Part shown: positions 59,704 to 64,000 of the stretch, one piece after another
Numbering within the stretch: position 1 is the first letter of the stretch
Layout: each line of letters starts with the position of its first letter
Source: a virus
Length of the DNA: 64,000 bases
Virus record (IMG/VR): IMGVR_UViG_3300009182_000050
Span: 8,172-72,171 of that record
Strand: one strand, 5' to 3'
Notes under the pieces: generated by a model
The model's input: the letters and a program-made list of their open reading frames with translations, nothing else
Told to the model about the DNA's origin: nothing
Database searches by the model: none
Translations under genes and position numbers: made by a program

Positions 59704-60528
59704 ATGTTAAGCTGGTTCGTGAAGACGATTCGGTCTGGTGCGCGAGCTGCTGATGGAAGCCTTCCAGCTGATGTTTGGACTGAAGGAGTTGTTCATCCAA
59801 CTCTGAACTTGTTTGATGTTGGAGATACAAGGGCGGTTACATTGGTAATTCACTGGAAGCCGATTGACGAAGGGGTCGTTGGACCTTTAACAACTGGGAT
59901 GGATTCACCACGCGGTTCTGAAACATCTGACTCAAAGCATCTTGTGATTGGAGAAGAAGTGCCGACATACCCTATTGACACTCGTAATGCTCTTCGTGAC
60001 CCAGATAAGAAAGATGCGATGAACAGGCAAGGTCTTGGTGTTGGAGAAGATGGTGACCCATCACCAACATTGACAAGTCTTTTCGTACCAGCAGTAATTT
60101 CTACGGAGGAAGCAGAAGTGAGTAGCGTATTTCCCATCCAGAACACAGTGATTGGTCGTAAGGACACAGCCGGACCTCAGGGTCGTGGGCACGGAGATGC
60201 GGATGGACCGATGTTCACTCTTGACACCGGGGGAGGTCACGCAGTGGCCGTAGCTGAAGAGGAAAAAAATTTGGAACCAGCGGCTTACGATGAGTTTAAT
60301 GATTCAATTTCCCCGGTACATCACACGCTGCGTGCCGGAACAAAGCAGTCAACTGGGGTTTTTGCCAGCGTAGTTCGCCGGCTCACCCCGGTAGAGTGCG
60401 AGCGGCTACAAGGATTTCCAGATGACTGGACAATGGCTGATGCCAAAACAGTTGATTCGCATCGTTACAAGCAGATGGGTAATGCGGTTACAGTAAATGT
60501 GATTGGGTGGATTGGCTCTCGCCTCTGA
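59704..60528 (+). CDS. C5 MTase C-terminal chain 1 (several TRD-like segments + motifs IX/X)
   Basis: HPTL, PSPTL, MFTL, HHTL segments; RRLTPVECERLQGFPDDWT; RYKQMGNAV. Confidence 0.88.
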   Translation: MLSWFVKTIRSGARAADGSLPADVWTEGVVHPTLNLFDVGDTRAVTLVIHWKPIDEGVVGPLTTGMDSPRGSETSDSKHLVIGEEVPTYPIDTRNALRDPDKKDAMNRQGLGVGEDGDPSPTLTSLFVPAVISTEEAEVSSVFPIQNTVIGRKDTAGPQGRGHGDADGPMFTLDTGGGHAVAVAEEEKNLEPAAYDEFNDSISPVHHTLRAGTKQSTGVFASVVRRLTPVECERLQGFPDDWTMADAKTVDSHRYKQMGNAVTVNVIGWIGSRL

Positions 60529-60776
60529 TGGAGAAGCCTTTCCCCACCATCATTGCTGGGTTGTCGCATCGCGGAGGAACGACTCAGGATGCTTATGTCT
60601 TTGCTCTCATAGATGCTCTTGACCAAGTACGCCGTGTCACTCCTCCTGAGTGCGAGAAGTTACAAGGATTTCCTGAAGGCTGGACTGACCAACACTCAGA
60701 TACAACTCGCTACCATCAGATTGGTAATGCGGTAACAGTAAATGTCAGCAGTTGGATTGGTAGAAGGCTCAGATGA
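60528..60776 (+). CDS. C5 MTase C-terminal chain 2
   Basis: TGATG overlap; RRVTPPECEKLQGFPEGWT; RYHQIGNAV. Confidence 0.85.
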   Translation: MEKPFPTIIAGLSHRGGTTQDAYVFALIDALDQVRRVTPPECEKLQGFPEGWTDQHSDTTRYHQIGNAVTVNVSSWIGRRLR

Positions 60777-61036
60777 TTGTCAAATACCCTGAAGAGGTAG
60801 TAGGAACTATTACCACAGCCTTCGGTGCGAAGAACTACTCAAACCACCAAGAACTGATGGAAGGGAGCGTTGTTGTGTTAGAGAACGATGTTCGTCGTTT
60901 GTCACCGGAGGAGTGTGAACTCCTACAAGGATTTCCTTCTGGCTGGACTTGGATAAGTGCAGACGAGCCTCGGTACAAACAAATGGGCAATGCGGTAACA
61001 GTTAATGTTATTAAATGGATTGGTGGAAGATTATGA
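60773..61036 (+). CDS. C5 MTase C-terminal chain 3
   Basis: ATGA overlap; RRLSPEECELLQGFPSGWT; RYKQMGNAV. Confidence 0.85.
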   Translation: MIVKYPEEVVGTITTAFGAKNYSNHQELMEGSVVVLENDVRRLSPEECELLQGFPSGWTWISADEPRYKQMGNAVTVNVIKWIGGRL

Positions 61037-61308
61037 TTCTTTACGACGCAACACGAAATGAAGACCATCGTGAATACCACGACCTTTCTCCAACAGCCAC
61101 GGCTCGCTGGGGCACCGGGGGAAACAATGTTCCGTTCCTGGTTGATGCCGGAACAGCTCGCCGCCTGAGCCCGGAGGAAGTTGAGCTGCTCCAGGGGTTC
61201 CCGGTTGGTTGGACAGCTCCAGCAGCAGTATCTACCCGGTACAAACAGCTCGGAAACGCAGTTACGGTCAATGTAATTGGTTGGATTGCTGGAAAAATTG
61301 ATGTCTGA
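61033..61308 (+). CDS. C5 MTase C-terminal chain 4
   Basis: ATGA overlap; SPTATARWGTGGNNVP; RRLSPEEVELLQGFPVGWT; RYKQLGNAV. Confidence 0.85.
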   Translation: MILYDATRNEDHREYHDLSPTATARWGTGGNNVPFLVDAGTARRLSPEEVELLQGFPVGWTAPAAVSTRYKQLGNAVTVNVIGWIAGKIDV

Positions 61309-61783
61309 GGAAGAAATAATAGCGTTTAGTCACACTCAGGGGCTAGATTGTCAGCCATCTAACGAAAACTTTCCAACTTTGCGTTCCGGAGGCGGCGGAC
61401 ATGCGGTGATGGTAGCAGCTCCGATTCAGGATGGTAGAGAGATGGAAAAAAACCAGAACGGCCTTGGCGTAGCATCACCGGGCTCACCAAGTTACACGCT
61501 GGATTCAACCGGAGCACAGGCAGTTGCTACTTGGTGGGACGGCGGCCAAATCAGCCAGACGCTTGATGCCGTGCTTGCTAAAGGTCAAACTATGCCAGAT
61601 AAGAATCGTTTCCCTGCGGTGATTCAAGAAAGCAGGGTTCGCCGGCTGACACCAATTGAAGCGGAGCGTCTTCAGGGATTCCCCGATAACTGGACAGACC
61701 TACACGCTGATACAAACAGGTACAAGCAAATGGGTAATGCCGTGACAGTTGATGTCGTGGCTTGGATTGCGTCACGCCTCTAA
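61301..61783 (+). CDS. C5 MTase C-terminal chain 5 (three TRD-like segments)
   Basis: FPTL, SYTL, SQTL segments; RRLTPIEAERLQGFPDNWT; RYKQMGNAV. Confidence 0.87.
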   Translation: MSEEEIIAFSHTQGLDCQPSNENFPTLRSGGGGHAVMVAAPIQDGREMEKNQNGLGVASPGSPSYTLDSTGAQAVATWWDGGQISQTLDAVLAKGQTMPDKNRFPAVIQESRVRRLTPIEAERLQGFPDNWTDLHADTNRYKQMGNAVTVDVVAWIASRL

Positions 61784-61829
61784 ACAAGAAAGCCCCACCC
61801 TTTCGGGTGAGGCTCACTTGGGGATTTAT

Positions 61830-62120
61830 TTATTCGTCTTCGTCATCTTCTTCAGGAGCATCTGAACAAGTTACGCGAGTCCAATAAACGATTGTGTCGT
61901 AGCCCATTGAATCGGTTCGGCTATTGCTGAGTAGTTCCTTGCGGAGTTCTTCGTCCTCAACCGTCTCAGCGATTGCTGCGCCAAGTTCTAGCAGGTCACT
62001 AGCAACGATTCCTACGCAAACATTGCCGTACATTCCGCGACCTGAGTAATCAGCGCGAGCATCGCCATTAACTTCCTGAGCGATTTCTTCTAGCAGGTCT
62101 AGTGAGATTGTGTATGTCAT
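61830..62120 (-). CDS. Hypothetical phage protein
   Basis: YSGRGMYG..C.G and DSMG...IVYW motifs; AAGGGAGA RBS on minus strand. Confidence 0.75.
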   Translation of the reverse strand: MTYTISLDLLEEIAQEVNGDARADYSGRGMYGNVCVGIVASDLLELGAAIAETVEDEELRKELLSNSRTDSMGYDTIVYWTRVTCSDAPEEDDEDE

Positions 62121-62342
62121 CTCGGTTCTCCCTTATGAGTTTTATGAAGCCTCCCTGACTTCATACCTCTATCATACGCTTATTAGGGTAGGTGTCAAGT
62201 TGAAATGATGTGATTTAGATAACAATTTGATAACGCTAGAAAACCTTTATGACACGCCATAAAATCATTAACTTGACATTGTGCAGGAAGGTCTGTATCT
62301 TTAGATTATCACCAAACGGTGACCTTCCCCAAAGGAGACGAA

Positions 62343-63164
62343 ATGACAACTGCAACACACGAACCAATCCGCTTGACTCGCCGTGGACGAATCGTTCGCG
62401 CAATCCTAGTTACGGTATTAGCACTTGCTGTATTTAATTGGGTAGACGCAAAGATGACACCAGCAGAGTGCAAAGTACCTGCTAGTCAGATGTCACAAGG
62501 CTGTAAGGACTTGCTGTACCCATAATGCTGAGAGTAACAATAGAACTTGTGCCGTTCGGCGATGAGCGATACGCAAAGCCCATCGCCGAACTGTTCATCG
62601 CAAACACAGGCGGTGGCAACAACGAGGTAGCAAACTACGAAATGGTTGGCTATCACAAGTCCCCTGATAGGGGAGAGATACTTACATCAAAGGTCTACAA
62701 CTTCAGCCGTGATGCCGGAGCGATACAACTGCTTGGTCAAATCCTGAAGAGGATGAAGACTGGAGAGCCAGAAATGAAAACCAGATTAACAAACGAACTC
62801 AGAAAGAGAGTGAAGATGCTGCGATGATTAGTAAAAAAATTTCAACGCAAGCAGCCGAGCTGTATCAATCCGGAATGTCGGTAGATGCAGTTGCGGCTGA
62901 ACTAGATGTTGCTTACCGGACAGCCCGGAAAGCAATCAAGAGTACGGGAACTGAACTCCGGAACTCATCAGAAAGACTCGTTGGTCGTACTCGACCACAC
63001 AGAAAGGTAAAAGGATGAACAATCCAAACATTATCTGGACTGCGGTTATCGCTACAGTCCTTGGCTTGGGAAGTTTAATTGCTTCTTTAGCAGGAAATGA
63101 CTCGTTGGCGTTGTCAATGGGACTTACATCAATCACATCTGCTCTGCTTGCAGGACGAGAATAA
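62343..63164 (+). CDS. Short genes: membrane protein (62343-62525), hypothetical (62525-62827), HTH protein (62824-63018), membrane protein (63015-63164)
   Basis: Coupled ORFs; RLTRRGR+TM; LYQSGMSVDAVAAELDVAY HTH. Confidence 0.6.
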
Positions 63165-63183
63165 CAAGAAAAAGGAACACTTT

Positions 63184-63537
63184 ATGTGGCTATTCACAGA
63201 GACAGGATTCGTTAGCGCAGTCTGCGAATCAAAAGACAGCAACACAATGGCAGTACGCTCACGCGACAAGCAGTCGCTAGAGGGACTTGCTCTCATCTCA
63301 GGTACGGAAATCCTAGAACTTCCCAATCGTGATTACCCCTACAGGGTCATCGTGTCAAAGGAAATCCTCACGGACTGGATGACCAGCACAATCTCCGATG
63401 CAGGGTACACGAACTTCAAATCACGCATCTATCAAACTCGCGGTGAGAAGTTTGAACACGCACTTCACGATGTGTGGGCAACGATGCACAAGGTGACTGA
63501 TACGGCGAAAGCAAAGGCTAGGTCTCTCTATTACTGA
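63184..63537 (+). CDS. Conserved hypothetical protein
   Basis: MWLFTETGFVSAV...VRSR...DYPYR...YTNFK; AAGGA RBS. Confidence 0.75.
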   Translation: MWLFTETGFVSAVCESKDSNTMAVRSRDKQSLEGLALISGTEILELPNRDYPYRVIVSKEILTDWMTSTISDAGYTNFKSRIYQTRGEKFEHALHDVWATMHKVTDTAKAKARSLYY

Positions 63538-63656
63538 GAGACCTTCCTGCACTTTCTGTGGTAAAGTTGATACACAATGACGTACACCACAGAACGGATT
63601 AGACAAGTCGCCATAAGGCTGACACAGACCCTGCCCCCAATCAAAGGAACATTCCA

Positions 63657-64000
63657 ATGAACCAGCAGAAAGATACGCCAAACAAACTATCCAAGATACT
63701 TCTTGGAGGTGTACTTCTATCCATAATAACAACTCAAGTCGGACAATCACTGCCTTCGCCGGCAGCGGCTGAACACAAGACTGCAGCACCTTCCGCAACT
63801 GCGGCTAAGGCAAAAAAGAAAGCACCAACAGTCCTTGACAAACTCTCCGGAGCAAAGCGGCTTACCGACAAGCAACTCGTACAACTCCTCTACGCAACTG
63901 GCTTCAGAGGCAACTCCCTTCGTACTGCGTGGGCAATTGCCAAGCGTGAATCAGGTGGTCGCCCAACTGCGTACAACGGTAACTCAGGAACTGGAGATAA
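63657..64000 (+). CDS. Partial lysozyme-like transglycosylase (3'-truncated)
   Basis: N-terminal hydrophobic helix; AWAIAKRESGGRPTAYNGN catalytic-Glu motif; open to window end. Confidence 0.75.
   Translation, partial: MNQQKDTPNKLSKILLGGVLLSIITTQVGQSLPSPAAAEHKTAAPSATAAKAKKKAPTVLDKLSGAKRLTDKQLVQLLYATGFRGNSLRTAWAIAKRESGGRPTAYNGNSGTGD

Noticed and set aside
59704-61783. Diversity-generating retroelement or invertible shufflon for the MTase modules
   Set aside because: No reverse transcriptase in the window, modules are all co-oriented and diverged at the DNA level, and no flanking inverted sites were seen
63575-63650. c-di-AMP (ydaO) riboswitch before the transglycosylase
   Set aside because: Leader is too short and lacks the ydaO consensus; only one small hairpin visible
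1-64000. tRNA/rRNA genes, inteins or introns in polymerase, RNR and terminase
   Set aside because: No cloverleaf with T-loop and CCA noticed; those proteins have normal lengths and uninterrupted motifs. A tRNAscan run would be needed to exclude tRNAs fully

Overview
This window is part of a large, low-GC dsDNA tailed-phage genome, most likely infecting Actinobacteria (two WhiB genes, a ClgR-like regulator, DUF3039, an FmdB-type zinc ribbon, an r1t-type holin). Left part (1-38 kb): a deoxysugar synthesis/methylation cluster, a replication module (family A DNA polymerase, RuvC-like resolvase, SNF2 helicase, Cas4-like nuclease, AAA_24 ATPase, DUF669 SSB, primase-polymerase/D5 helicase), terminase large subunit, several peptidoglycan hydrolases, a cysteine-repeat surface protein, a serine recombinase and a class II ribonucleotide reductase. 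An origin-like element with DnaA boxes lies at about 38.1-38.5 kb. Right part (38.5-64 kb): many short genes, each behind a similar sigma70-type promoter and an AAGGGAGA ribosome-binding leader (probable early region), an AAA/vWA pair, a proteasome-beta-like protease, and a split cytosine methyltransferase locus. Top candidates for undescribed biology: (1) a C5 methyltransferase split into one catalytic chain, a nested alternative-frame chain and five separate specificity/motif IX-X chains; (2) a small RNA presenting three loops complementary to the phage's own ribosome-binding leaders; (3) a structured RNA with two covarying pseudoknots; (4) polar short DNA motifs concentrated in the early region. 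All calls come from reading the sequence and recalled family motifs; no searches or folding programs were run.
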